Below are positions 26,785-40,786 of a stretch of DNA of 64,000 nucleotides, in pieces (within the stretch, counting starts at the first letter, position 1; each line of letters starts with the position of its first letter). Source of the DNA: Eledone cirrhosa (taxonomy: Eukaryota); contig OZ024748.1 of the NCBI GenBank assembly GCA_964016885.1, positions 10,974,001 through 11,038,000 on the forward strand. The letters run 5' to 3'. A program made the translations under genes and the position numbers. The notes below the pieces were generated by a model. That model made no database searches and was not told the origin of the DNA. It saw only the letters and a program-made list of their open reading frames with translations.

Positions 26785-27110
26785 AAAAGTGGGTGAAAGT
26801 GGCGACAATGGTCCGAGTGAATGGGCCTTCTCTCTATATCAGCCTGTAGGTTGAGGAAGAGGAGGAAGAGAAGAAAGGAGTGCTCACTCTTCGTACTCCT
26901 GGAGATGAGGGTTACACATTTTTTCGGGGGTATGTGTCACCCATAGTTAATGTCTCCCCCCTATTGGGGAAAATCGAATGTTTTTCTTTAATTTTCATCT
27001 GTGATATTGTTTTACACGTTTTTATTGTATGTAAGCTTTCCCCACTGTACTTGTCCCCTTCTTTTGTGCCCCTGTGGCTAATAAAGAAATCTATCTATCT
27101 ATCTATCTAT
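26785..27110 (+). mobile_element. LINE 3' end with AATAAA and (TCTA)n tail (Tx1/L1-like); related tail at about 63770-63876
   Basis: Shared TTGTCCCCTT..CTTTTGTGCCCCTGTGGCTAATAAAGAAAT followed by (ATCT)n at both sites. Confidence 0.6.
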
Positions 27111-27288
27111 TTATCTATTTTTGTATCTACCTATGTATCTGTCTGTTTATCTATCTATCTGTCTGTTTGTCGGACTGTCTATCTATCTACCTGCTGTCTA
27201 CCTGTCTACCAACTTAGCTGCCTCTCCATCTATCTGTCAGTCTGTCTATCTGCCTATCTGTCTGACTGTTAATCAATAGTTATCTATT

Positions 27289-27328
<40 letters not shown>

Positions 27329-27809
27329 AATGTATCTACCCTCGGACAAGAACAAGAACAAAACACAAATCCCAGAAGTAGCCCGAAAATATATAGGTAA
27401 GTAGGTAGGTAAGTAGGTAGGTAAGCCGGTAGGTCGGTCGGTAGGTCGGTCTATCAGTCGGTCGGTTGGTCAGTAGGTAGGCAGGCATGTAGACAGATAT
27501 GTAGGTAGTTAGGTAGGTAGGTAGGTAGGTAGGTAGGTAGGTATGTAGGTAGGTAGTTAGGTAGTAGGTAGGTAAGAAAGTATGCCGGTAGGCAGCAGGC
27601 AGGCAGACATGTAGGTAGGCTGGTCGGACGGTCGGTTGGTATGTGAGTAGGTAGGTAAGTAGGTAGGTAGGTAGGTAGGTAGGTAGGTAGGTAGGTAGGT
27701 AGAACAAAGTCATCATAACTTAGTGGATAATGATTGATATTAATGGATGTAAAATGAAAGACGGCAATGACTGGAGTGACAAGAGGGAGAATGTCAAGAA
27801 TAATCGAGG

Positions 27810-27919
<110 letters not shown>

Positions 27920-28538
27920 GTGTGTGTGTGTGTGTGCATAGAACAATAAAAAAACAAAAGCCAGTTGTAGGTATATATATATATATATATATATATACAC
28001 CCCACTCTCCTGAGCGTGAATCTAATAAACATTTGTCGTACTGCCTCTCTGTTCTGTCCCTGTTCAATTTTTTATTATATTTATCTATATATATATATAT
28101 AAATATATATATATGATGACTGCAAACTCTGCTAAGAGTTTTGCAATTGGTTGTCAGATTACAGAAAATGGTTCACTTTTAGGATACGGCCAGCCACACG
28201 AACCTGTAACATATCCTAAACAAGCAAAGCTTATGCTTTGAAGGTTTTTTTAAGTGGAGAAAGGCCTTGCACTCGAACAATCCCACTCTCTGAGCATCGA
28301 AACCACTGCCTGTAGAGGAGAATTGGTCAACATCATAGGATGCTTCCAAAGCAGCAGGTTTTTTTCAGAGTTTCCCTCTCTTAGAAAGGTTTTGTGACAA
28401 CAACTGGGGTCCTTTCACGCCCAAGTGAAGAAAAAAATAGGAAAAAAGTACTATTTGGATGGCCATTGATATACCTACACCATATATATGTGTGCGTGTG
28501 TGTGTGTGTCTGATGGTAGCTATGATGCTTCCATAGGC

Positions 28539-28708
<170 letters not shown>

Positions 28709-28930
28709 TCCTTGTCTGGCTTTCTGGAGAATAGAGGAAAGGTGTTTCCTCAAAAATCAGTATGACTCTAAAAACCGGTTTGTCTGTGTGTTTACATACA
28801 GAATAGCTGGCCACTCACAGTAAAGTGACCAGTGAAAAAACTTGGTACATCTACATATGTATACGTGTGTGTATTCATATACATACTAGTATTTCAGTAT
28901 ACATATATAGATGTACATCTTTAACTTAAT

Positions 28931-28997
<67 letters not shown>

Positions 28998-29120
28998 GGA
29001 AGGTAATATCCGTAGTGGTAGAGCACTCAGTCCATGGGATGAGTTAGGTAGAAACAATTGTTTTCGCTAAGGTGAAACAATTGTTCTCGGTATGGTGAAC
29101 TAACTGTTGTGTAACCACTT

Positions 29121-29162
<42 letters not shown>

Positions 29163-29621
29163 TAGGAAGATGTTCAAGACCCCGACGGCAGAGCTCAAGA
29201 CGTTTCGACGGCTATTTCAGTCCAGAAATACCCGTCGAAACGGCTTGAGCTCTGCCGTCGAGGTCTTGAACATCTTCCTATTACCCACTCTACTACTCAA
29301 AGTATTGAGTACTTATATATATACACACATAAAAAATATATATATATACACATAAAACATATATATATATATATATAATATTAAATCGTCAAGTATGAAA
29401 TTTGTAAAAAAAGAACAAATTTCTACAAATTGACGACCCAATATATATATATATATGAGGTGTAACACTTCACTGTTTTCAAATGGATGCGATATTCTGG
29501 CCACGTTGAAACGTTCGTAAAGATATATGAATAAATAATAATTTCTTATCCTTGGGCCTTCTTACAATTAGGAGAAGGTCATCCTGATATAAAACCTGTG
29601 ACTTCGTTTGTATCTAATGAT

Positions 29622-29810
29622 TGTTTCTACTTTAGGCACAAGGCCAGCAATTATCCAGTGCATTACTGGTACTTTATTTTATCGACCCCGTAAGGATGAA
29701 AGGCAAAGTCAACCTCGGCGGAATTTGAACTCAGATTGTAAAGGGACGTAACTATGCTGGAAAGCATGGCGTCCGACCCTCTACTGATACTGCCAATCCA
29801 CCGCCTAATT
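29622..29810 (-). mobile_element. tRNA-derived SINE family A with 16-bp target-site duplication (many other copies, e.g. 12700-12865, 26342-26515, 37825-38018, 45362-45480, 46260-46480, 54730-54840, 60940-61350)
   Basis: Head GGCGGTGGATTGGCAGTATC...GAGTTCAAATTCCGCC, body GCCTTTCATCCTTACGGGGTCGATAAAATAAAGTACC; TSD gtttgtatctaatgat at 29606 and 29811. Confidence 0.9.
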
Positions 29811-30058
29811 GTTTGTATCTAATGATGTAGACCAGTTCTACTTTTTGGGTAAATGCATTCGATGTTCAGAAAGTGAGATTGGTCCCGAGCAAAGCCTTTC
29901 TTCACTTATAAAAGCTTCAAGCACAGCTTGATGCATGGCATTGCTGGTCATAGGCAAGCCCTAGTAGGACTCAAGCGCCATGTCTGTGATGTTCATGCTT
30001 AAGTATCAAATGATGGCATTACTCGAAATCGAGTTGCACCCATCATCATCATCATCAT

Positions 30059-30114
<56 letters not shown>

Positions 30115-30329
30115 CGCGTGTGTGTGTGCGTGTGATTCGGGACGAGGGTGTTAAAAACTAAGTCAATGTACAAAACTAATTTCTAAGGAGGAAGAAAGAG
30201 ATTAAATGTCCACACTGATTAGTTTTGGTTATTTAAGAAATATCTAGAATCCAGATGGTCAAACAACTGAGTGTCCTAATTCCATTACATTCTGGCCACA
30301 TATTCAAATGTAACCTTTGAACAGAGTCC

Positions 30330-30925
30330 GACCACCCCCACCACCACAACCACAACCACCACCACTACCACCACTACCACAACCACAACCACCACCACTA
30401 CCACAACCACTACCACCACTACCACAACCACAACCACCACCACTACCACAACCACAACCACCACCACAATTACCATCATCACCACCACCACTACTGCCAC
30501 CACCACCACCACTACCACAACCACCACCATCATCACCACCACCATAACCACCACCACCACAATCACCATCCGCACCACCACCATCTGCACCACCTCCAGC
30601 ACCATTACCACCACCGAAACCACCTCCTCCACCACCGCCATAACCACCACCACCACCACCACTACTACCACTACTGCCACCACCACCACCACTACCACAA
30701 CCACCACCATCATCACCACCACCACAAACACCATCACCACCGTAACCACCTCCACCACAACCACCATCATCACCACCACCAACAACATCACCACTACTAC
30801 CACCACCACCACCACGATCGCCGCCACCCCACTACCACCATTATCACCACCACCACCATCACCATCTCCACCACCACCATCACCATCTCCACCACCACCA
30901 CCCCCACCCCCACCGCCACTACTGC
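30330..30925. repeat. Imperfect (ACC)n trinucleotide low-complexity tract
   Basis: About 600 bp of cca/cta/caa variants. Confidence 0.9.
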
Positions 30926-30976
30926 CAGAGAAAAACAGGAAGAATAGGGTAAAACGAACGAAAAACAAAATACATA

Positions 30977-31065
<89 letters not shown>

Positions 31066-32016
31066 GTGACACACAGCGCTGAAGAAAAGAAAGTTATATA
31101 TAAGTTTCTATTTTGGGACTGGAATAGATCTTCGCTGATAATCATGCTTTTGTTGTCATTTATGAGTTTGATGTTGTCAGCCTAGATGTACTATAATTAA
31201 ACCCATCCGTATTTTGTATGCCTTAAAGAAATATGTTCTTTTGTTTGTACCTTCACTCTTCCACATACACACATGCTCACACACACATACTCACACTCAC
31301 ACACACACACTCACACACATATACATACACTCACTCAGACACACACACACACACTCACACACACAGTGCTGGACTTACCTGTAAGCTAAATAAACTATAG
31401 CTTAAGGCCTCACACCCTCCGGGGCCCTATTTTTTTTTTAATACATTTTTATTTTATCATTAGTTTTTATTTATTGACACTAAATCATCAAACATTATTT
31501 ATATATAAACATAAGGTAAGGCTGTTGGACTAACGATCATAATGTCAAGGGTTTGATTCCTGGGTTGCGTGTTGAGCTTTTGAGCAAAACACTTAAATTT
31601 CACGCTGCTCCAGTACACTCTGCTAGAAATGAGTACCAGCAAAAGCTGGGAGTTTAACCCTGCGATGGACTGGTGTCCTGTCCAGGAGGAAGTCTTGTAC
31701 TCTCAGTCGCTTCACGCCATAAAACCGGGATAAACACCGGCCAAATGAGCCTTCTGGCTTAAGACAGACTTTAGACTATTTTTAGATATATTATTTATTC
31801 TTTATCATTAATATAAAAAAATAATTATGTTTTTTAGAGAAGGGCCTCAAATGTCATATAGCTTAGAGCCTCAGCAGGTGAAAGCCAGGCCCTACACACT
31901 CAGCTTGACTCAGTCATATTTTATGGGGACGTGGTTGTTATAGATATATACAGACTCCTGCAAAGCTGGTAACAGGCCCAGAACAGATGTGAAACGTAGA
32001 CCCTCATGTCCACCCT

Positions 32017-32053
<37 letters not shown>

Positions 32054-33529
32054 GCATAATCAGGCTGAATGTTATCCCAGTTTGATGCGGTGTTAACTAA
32101 CAAGGAGTGGAAGAAGACTTCTCATAGAATGCTTGTCTGTCGCATGAGTAAACGCCAATTGCTGCTAGTACTAATTTGTTCCAGCTGGATGGAGTGGAGC
32201 AACATGAAATGAAGTGAAGTACCTTGCTCAAAGACTCAACGCGACGCCCGGTCCAGGGATTGACCCTACAACCTTACAATCGTGAGAATAACACTTTAAC
32301 CATTCGACTACGTGCTTTCACATTGGGCTTGGTTGGATGACAAAGTCAGCGTTTTCTAATTTGTGTCTAATGTTTGTTGGTTTGGTTTGGTAGACAATCC
32401 AGACGACAACACGGGAGAATGAGGGTGTTGGTTTTGTATATATGACTGTTCGTGTTACCCCCCCCCCCCCCCCCAGTAACCTACTTGAGAGTTCGTTTAT
32501 AAATGATATGAGAATTAATTATAGGGAAGGGTAATGACATTGTTAGACGACCGTGCCTTTCCCATGAGCATTTATAGTGTAAACGATATGTAATGGCTAT
32601 AAACATATCAAAAGACGTGGTCTTAGAAGCACAACGGCTTTTCCTGATATAAAAGTCTACGTGATTTAGCAGACGAGAGTTATGGTTTATGAATAGTCTG
32701 TGACCTAATATATTTGAGACTTTTATTTTAAGCCGCAGTTTATATAAACTGACAAAATTATAAAATATATTCATAAATTGATTTATTATTCAATAAAGCT
32801 TTGATTAGAAATTTAATAACGAATTTTATCATAATTATAGTAAAGTATTTAATTTTTTATCATTATCTTCAAGTGTTTTATTATTTACGAATCTAAGGCT
32901 GCCTTGTTTACATACCAGTATGGCAGCTGTTTAAAGTTTTTACGTAAGTGTAAACACACAAATATTCTAATTTCCTTTAATTGAGGCGGAATGTTTTTTA
33001 AGAACTGATTGTAAAATTTATTTTTCTATTATTTTATACTATGTAAAACTTTTGTATTTACTATTGTAGAAATAAATTAGTAATAGTAAATTTTCTTTGC
33101 AAATCGAATTTGTGACCTGTTTGAACTTTCGGTGAACGGAAGGCATGGATATCCCTGTTCACATATATCTCCCCCATAAATGTCTAGTTTTGTATCTAAG
33201 TAAGAAATGATTGTATTGGCGGCAGGCAGAGGATTGTTGTACAGTAGAGGTAAGCTTTCGGAAGGACAAAACTGCGAACTGTTTTCACATCCCGGTTGAA
33301 GACATTGAATCTAGTTTACACCGATGATACCCTTCAGAGAGACATCGTCATCTATAAATCTTATATCTTGTTCAAAGTAGTAGAAAAGCTTTATTTTGCA
33401 GCCAATTATTTCAATAATTAAGCTTATATTTTAAATAGAAAAAAAAATTGAAGACAAAACTTGATTTCTCACATATAAGTCATATAGGGAAAGTTAAGAG
33501 ATTCTGGGACATTCATGCATTTTCTAAGG

Positions 33530-33684
33530 CAGAGTTTCCCAAACTTTTTCAAATGCGGATCCCTTTGGGATAACCCCAAAGTCTAATACTGTTATATGGT
33601 CGTAATATAAATAAATATACCTCTCTACCTTTTTTTCACGAAACCCCAGACACTCCTTTGCAGAACCCACTTTGGGAACCACTG
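33530..33684. mobile_element. hAT (Charlie-like) MITE with perfect 8-bp TSD
   Basis: TSD ttctaagg on both sides; termini CAGAGTTTCCCAAA / TTTGGGAACCACTG. Confidence 0.82.
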
Positions 33685-34221
33685 TTCTAAGGCCATTGAT
33701 AATGAAAATGAAGTAGACTTAATTGGGAATTAAAGGGACTCCCAGACTAGATCTGGCGGTAACTAGTTCTTATATAATATTTATATAACTTCTCAAACAC
33801 GTCTAATATAAAATGATGTTACTAATATTTATAGATAAACATGAAATGGTATTTTCAGTATATAAAAACCGATTTAAAGTAAAATTCGGCTACTATTTCT
33901 ACCAGGTCGAACAACTATGTAGAGGCTCCCTCGTTATTTTATTTTGTTTTGTGAATAAAATGTTTATATGTCAGGAAGTTTCTTCAACATACGTGACCCA
34001 TATGTAAAAGGAGAATTTTTAACCCTTTCGTGACCATATTTTTAATAAAATACACCCGCTTTCGATTAATTAATGAAGAGTTCTGAGGGATTTACTAAAA
34101 TTATTAATTATTTCGTTATTAAAATTTAAAATAGATTGGTAAGTATGTTTTGAACGGCGAGCGATATTGAAATTAGAAATAGAAGCTTTTCGTTGTATTT
34201 TTGACTAAATAGATTTTAGTC

Positions 34222-34540
34222 CAGGGGTGTGCAACATATTCCATTGGCGGGCCACTTTTGAACATTGGAACAACTATTAGGACCATTAATATTTATTAAG
34301 CACTATTCCAAAGATTCACCACAACTTCTTTCTATAACATGGAACTGGGAAATTATAACACACATAACCCTATCAGTGAAGCCCTTTAGTATAGGTTAAC
34401 TAACAGAAAATTTTATTAGGGTTATGAAAAAATTCTAAATAAGCCTATAAGGTAACAATTAAAAACGGTCATCGCGGACCACCCTGACTGGTCTGGCGGA
34501 CCGGATTGTGGCCTGCGGGCCACACTGGTGCACACCCCTG
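34222..34540. mobile_element. hAT-type MITE
   Basis: TIR CAGGGGTGTGCA / TGCACACCCCTG; TSD ttttagtc / ttttagac (7 of 8). Confidence 0.8.
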
Positions 34541-36292
34541 TTTTAGACTATCAGGTTAACATTTCTTCAGTCAAAAATACAGCGAAAAGCTTCTATTTCT
34601 AATTTAAACCGACCATATCCGGCCAGAATTCTCTCACTACTTTCTGTCCAAACTGGCTGTAACTGACCGCTCATACTGACATTAAGGTATTTTTCTCAAA
34701 ATAAATAACCTCAACATCTCATAGATTCGATATCATGTGAGATAAAGCCTTTACCATGAAAATATAATAGTTAATATAGAGTAATGTAAATGCTAAAAGG
34801 GTTAAAATAGATTGTTTTATTTCATAGAATCAGAGCCAGTTTTGGTCGAATTGCTATCAATCGGTTAAGATTGTCTTTTGGCACACACATACACGTGTAT
34901 ATGGATTTATGAAACATAAAAATTGAGATATAAAGTCATATTCCTGTATTATTAAACATTATGATTTGTTTGTTCTTTCTAACAATGGCACAAGACCAAC
35001 AATTTTGGGGTAGGGAGAAGAAAGTCCATTATATCGAACCCTGTGGTTTTATCGATCTCGAAAGGATAAAAGGCAAAGTTAACCCTGGCAGTATTAGAAC
35101 TCAGAGCACAGACAGAGAGGACGAATACTGCAAAGCATTCTATCTGACACTAACTACTCTGCCATTTATTATATCATTTCCAAGAATCATGTTTTCCCAA
35201 ACAGGATATTGCAACATTCCGAGAATTAACTTATTGACCTCAATATTTCAGTTCCTATATCTAATCTACATTGATTTAATGCTTTCATTGTCATATTTCT
35301 GATAAAATACACTATCATCATCACCGTTTAACGTCCATTTTTCCATGCTTGCGTGGGTCATCATCATCATCATCGGTTAACGTCCATCTTCCACGCTAGC
35401 ATGGGTTAGACGGTTTTGTTCCATTTGATGCAGGAATGGTCGGGAGACCATGTCTCGCTCACACAGAAGCGTCTCTGGCAGGTTTTTTTACAGCTGGATG
35501 CCCTTCCTAACACCAACCACATTTACAGTGTGGACTGGAAGCCTTTTCACCGTGTCTCCTACACGGCCACCTTACAGTGTGGACTGATGTGTCATCGACA
35601 CAGTGGACGGAACGGGAGAGGGAGGGTGGGGTCAGATGGCTATATTTAATTAATCACTGAAGAATTTGAAGGGTGTTACTAGAAGCATGTAATGTTTTTA
35701 ACCAGTCTATATATTGTTTATCTAGGACCAAATTATCTAGCGTATATAATGTTTATCTCGGACCGGGTACCGTGGGGGGGGGGGTAAATGCCCTGGGATC
35801 TCCTCTTCAAACAGATACCCCCTTTCTGAACAGAGCCCCCCCCCCCTCTCTTTGCTTATGTGTGTGTTATATGAGGAACCCACCAAACCAGAACTGTCCC
35901 CCACCCCGGTCTAAATCTGGTCCTTTTTAGGACCACATTATCTAATCTATATAATGTTTAGGACCACATTATCCAGTGTATATAGGGTTTCATATGTGTA
36001 TGTATAATAAACATACAGGATGACCCCAAAAAAATTTATACACATATTTAATAGAATGCTGTTGAAATGTGTATACATTTTTGGGGCACACTGTATATCT
36101 CTTGCTATGACTGTTTTAAACCATGATGATGTCACAGCTATCTCAGTAGCAATATGAGACAGTCAGATACTACAAGATATTTTTCAGGACCCCATTATCC
36201 AATTCATCATTAATATACTTTAATTCTTTATGTTTTAGGCAAGTCCGTCCTTAAATTTCGAGTGAAGTCCAGTTTATTACCAAAACCTCACC

Positions 36293-36496
36293 ATGTATCG
36301 AGTACTCCCAAATAGATTGGCTTTGGCTCAGAGTCTACACGCAATTGGAGTTCATGTACGGTTCAACTCTTCATGCCAGAAAAATTTAGTGGATCGAATA
36401 ATCCGTGTGGATCATGCTGGTGAACTGGGAGCTGACAGGATCTATGCAGGGCAGTATGCTGTTCTTAAGAAAACCCCAGTAGGATCTATCATTAAG
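36293..36496 (+). CDS. COQ7: COQ7/clk-1 (5-demethoxyubiquinone hydroxylase) coding exon 1
   Basis: MYRVLPNRLALAQSL...VDRIIRVDHAGELGADRIYAGQYAVLKKTPVGSIIK; diagnostic IRVDHAGExGA motif; donor AAG|gtaatt; in-frame TGA upstream at 36263. Confidence 0.95.
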
Positions 36497-36835
36497 GTAA
36501 TTCATCAAAGTTTGGTGTTCATCTGTTCTAAATGTATATTACTTCTATTACTATTATTGGTGGATTGGCAAATCAGTAGAGCGTCGGACAGCATGTTTCA
36601 CAGCATAGAGTTACGGCCTTTTACGTTCTGAGTTCTGCCAAGGTTAACTTTGCCTGTCACCCTTACAGGGTCAATAAAATAAAGTACCGGTAATGCACTG
36701 GGGTTGATTTAATCGACTTTTCCTTCCCCTAAAATTGTTGGCCTTGTGCTTAAATCAGAAACCATTAATTTTATTATTGGATACATTTTGCTGGAGAAAA
36801 ATAATTTTCTTTATTACTGTCTACTTTGCATTTAG

Positions 36836-36950
36836 GAAATGTGGGACGAGGAAATTCACCATAGAGAAACATTTGAAAAATTGATGGTTCAATACAGGGC
36901 ACGGCCTACAGCTTTACTACCTATTTGGAATGTTGCAGGATTTGTCTTAG
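36836..36950 (+). CDS. COQ7: COQ7 coding exon 2
   Basis: EMWDEEIHHRETFEKLMVQYRARPTALLPIWNVAGFVL(G); ExxH di-iron ligand motif; AG/GT boundaries. Confidence 0.95.
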
Positions 36951-37684
36951 GTAACTGATGCTGTGGCAACAATGCCTCTTTGCTATGCTTTCTGCTACCA
37001 GCCTCTTTAAAGTAGACGAATTGCTGGAGTCGTTAGAATGTCAGATAGAATGCCTAGTCTTCTGTCAGCAAGTAAGAGAGAGAGAGAGAGAGAGAGTGGA
37101 AGTGGAAAATCAGTGAACGGTATTCAGTAAAAGTTAGGTTCATTTAAATAGAGAATAAAATAACTTTTGATGTCATCATCATCATCTTTAAACGTCCATT
37201 TTTCCATGCTAGCATGGATCAGATGGGTTGCCCTGTTTGAGGCAGGTTGGGTCAGCTGACTGTGTCCTGCTCACACAGAACTATTCCTGGCTTGATTTCT
37301 ATGGCTGGATGCCCTTCTTCATGCCAACCACATTTACAGTGTCGCTGGGTGCTTTTTTTGTGGTTCCTACACGACCTCTTTACAGTGTGGGCTGGAGGCT
37401 TGAGGAAATGACTGTTGTTATAATGAGGATGCCTTGAGTCCCCCAAAACGAGTTCAGACATCACTACCTCCAATGATACGTGCCCAGGCGGTGTGGGGAG
37501 CATTCTCTAGCATGTGGGAGCCCAGGCACAGACCGCCTCGTGGCCCCAGTTGACTGAATAGAGAAAACATTGAAATTTAATTTGTTTAAAGAAAATATAA
37601 CCTAAACGATTTTTATATTACTTGAATGCACTGATATTTCTATAAGAGTATTTATTAAAATGTTCACCTCTTTTGATTTGAAAG

Positions 37685-37769
37685 GTGCTGGCACGGCCTT
37701 GATGGGAAAAGAAGCAGCTATGGCCTGTACTGTGGCGGTTGAAGATGTAATTGGTCATCATTATAATGG
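37685..37769 (+). CDS. COQ7: COQ7 coding exon 3
   Basis: (G)[27 protein letters not shown](G); conserved AMACTVAVE; donor gtaagt. Confidence 0.95.
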
Positions 37770-38146
37770 GTAAGTTTAATTCCGGTGAATTGGCAGTATT
37801 AGGCGAACGGGAGATCAGTTTAAGGCCGGTGGATTGACAGTATTTGGCAGTATCGGTAGAGGGTTGGACGCCATGCTTTCAAGCATAGTTACGTCCCTTT
37901 ACGATCTGAGTTCAAATCCCGCCGAGGTTGACTTTGCCTTTCATCCTTACGGGGTCGATAAAATAAAGTACCAGTAATGCACTGGGTAATTGCTGGCCTT
38001 GTGCCTAAAGTAGAAACAAGTATTTGACAGTAGAACGGGAGGTAACTCGTTCAAGAGGAGTTAACTAGTGAATCTTGATAAAATCAGAAACAATTATTCC
38101 AAACATGTAATGATTTTTATTTAATTCATGTGTTTTATTTCAACAG

Positions 38147-38201
38147 CCAAATTCGGGAATTAGTTGCAGACGATCCCGTGAAACATGAAGAACTTCTAAA
38201 G
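38147..38201 (+). CDS. COQ7: COQ7 coding exon 4
   Basis: QIRELVADDPVKHEELLK; acceptor tttcaacag, donor gtcagt; phases compatible. Confidence 0.92.
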
Positions 38202-38357
38202 GTCAGTTTACTATTCTTTCTTTTTTTTTTTTAATCATTATCAACCATCACAACCAACAACAACAACACTATCACCACCACCACCAATACCATCATCGCC
38301 ACCAATACCTTGCAAGCAGTTTTTATTCGAAATTACTGTCCTCTGTATATATTGTAG

Positions 38358-38426
38358 GTAATAAAGCAATTTCGTGACGATGAATTACATCACTATGAAA
38401 CAGGACTTGAACATGATGCTGAACAA
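38358..38426 (+). CDS. COQ7: COQ7 coding exon 5
   Basis: VIKQFRDDELHHYETGLEHDAEQ; FRDDExxH di-iron motif; donor gtaagt. Confidence 0.95.
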
Positions 38427-38489
38427 GTAAGTTCTCTTCTCAGTCATCTTAAATACTAAAAATATTCATTGCATTACAATGCTCATGGC

Positions 38490-38895
38490 ATTATAATATC
38501 TATGTCAATAGTGATATTTCCACAGTTCTATGTTTAGAGTACTATAATACAGTGCTATAATGTCCATAGTATTATAGTATCCATTGTACTGTGTTCATAG
38601 TACTATGTCCACAGTACTATAATGTCTATAGTACTGTGTTCACAGTATTATAATGTCTATAGTACTGTGTTCACAGTATTATAATGTTGATAGTACTATA
38701 ATATCCACAGTACTAAAATGTTTAGAGTACTATAATATCCACAGTACTATAATGTTTAGAGTACAATAATTCAGTGCTGTAATGTCCATTATATTATAGT
38801 ATCCATTGTACTGTATTCATTACTATATTTTTTCACTGTACTATAATGTCTATAGTACTTTGTCCACAGTACTACGTCTGCTGTACTATAATGTT
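38490..38895. repeat. Degenerate agtactataatgtccac-type minisatellite in COQ7 intron
   Basis: Recurrent agtact/agtatt-ataat-gtc units. Confidence 0.75.
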
Positions 38896-39045
38896 CAAAG
38901 GATTCATGAATTTATTGATGATGATAACTTAGTCTACATTTTGTTTAGTTTTTCTTTATTGTTTTGGTAGGTTTTTAAGTTGTTTTGTACCTCGTGTTCT
39001 ATATATGCTCTATATATGTTTAGTTCTTTTCTCTGTCTATTTCAG

Positions 39046-39123
39046 GCACCTTTCTATAAAGCCTTGACTCAAGTGATAAAAGTTGGTTGCAAAGGAGCAA
39101 TATGGCTGTCAGAACGAATATAA
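39046..39123 (+). CDS. COQ7: COQ7 last coding exon
   Basis: APFYKALTQVIKVGCKGAIWLSERI-stop, a typical COQ7 C-terminus; spliced CDS totals 606 nt (201 aa). Confidence 0.95.
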   Translation, partial: APFYKALTQVIKVGCKGAIWLSERI

Positions 39124-40361
39124 TGTCACATCTCCCCCCCCCCCCATTTTCCTTCGCCTCCTCCTTCTCCTCTCTCTCCTCCTCCTTTCCTACCTTCACT
39201 ATATTGTTTCATGTCTCTTTCTGTCCTCCTTTCTCTTTCTTTCTTCTCCAATGTTTCATCTTCTTTTACACATTCCCCCTCTGCCTCCCCAGCCACTTCT
39301 TCCTCCTCTCCATCCACTTCTACCACTGAATCTGCTGATCACACATATACAGTGCCCCCACCCCACCACCCCAATGTATACACACTTCAACAGCATTCTA
39401 ATAAATATTGCCTGTACAGGTGTACAGGTAATCAATGTGTGTATACATATTTGGGAGACACTCTGTATATTATATGTTTGACACCTTACCCATAAAGCCA
39501 CTCCATTTCTGCAGGTATCCTATTATTTGCTGTGGGTTGTTAGTTATAGAATAGAGAGAATTGGATACACCTGACAGATTCTGTATGTGACATAATAGCA
39601 GGTGGCAATGGAAGCACATAATATATTATGCAAGCTTTTATCCCAGGTTACATATCATTTGTATTTCTGTTTGTGTGTGATATATCATATTACATTGCAG
39701 CATGTGGTCTACCTGGACATTTACAGTTCAGTGTGCAGTTCTATCTCAACTACAAAACCTAAGCCTAATCGTAACCCAGTAAACAGTTCAAGTCATCTCC
39801 CAGTGTAGACTTCAGATACTGCACACTAAAGTAATATATATATATATATGTAGACCGGGTGATGTGTTGTTTCCTTGAGCAAGACACTTTATTTCACATT
39901 GCTCCAGTTTACTCAGCTGTAGAAATGAGATGATAGGGACCCCAGTCCCTATCATTCCACTGCAAAGTGGTACTGGCAAAAAAGCACCCAGCACTCACTG
40001 TAAATGAGGTTGGTGTTAGGAAGGGCATCCAGCTGTAGAAATCAAGCCAGAATCAGTTCCCATCCCACCCTTGCAAGCAGGGAAAAAGCGGACGTAAAAT
40101 GAAATGATGATGATGATGATGTGTGTACGCAACTAAACCAGCAACCCCACCAAGCTTGCTTGGTGAGGAGGTTGATTTTGGACACCCTGCAGGATAAAAA
40201 ACAAAACCAGTCAAAGAGCAGAGGAACTCAGGAGAGTCATCCAATAAAGTATTTTTTTTTTAGCAAGAGACTCCTAGTCTTCATTAAGACATCTCTCTAG
40301 GAGGTCACTCTGATACAAAACCTGCATGATGTATATATATATATATATATATATGTATATG

Positions 40362-40558
<197 letters not shown>

Positions 40559-40786
40559 GGCCATTGATAAGTCCCTAGCAGGACTAAAAGGCCACATCTA
40601 TGATGCTCATGCTTAAGTATCAAGCAATGGCATTACTTGAAATTGAGTTGCAGACATCATATATATGTATATATGCATGTGTGTATGTAAGCATGTATGT
40701 TTCTCTTAATGTTGAGTTTGTTTTTGACCGGCTATCTTCCAGTGGCAGAGTTGTGAAAAAAAGGGATATTTTTCTCATCCCTTGTA

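Noticed and set aside
30285-31145. 286-aa poly-Val/Gly ORF and poly-Pro/Thr frames
   Set aside because: Trinucleotide and (TA)n low-complexity sequence; no domain and no consistent exon structure.
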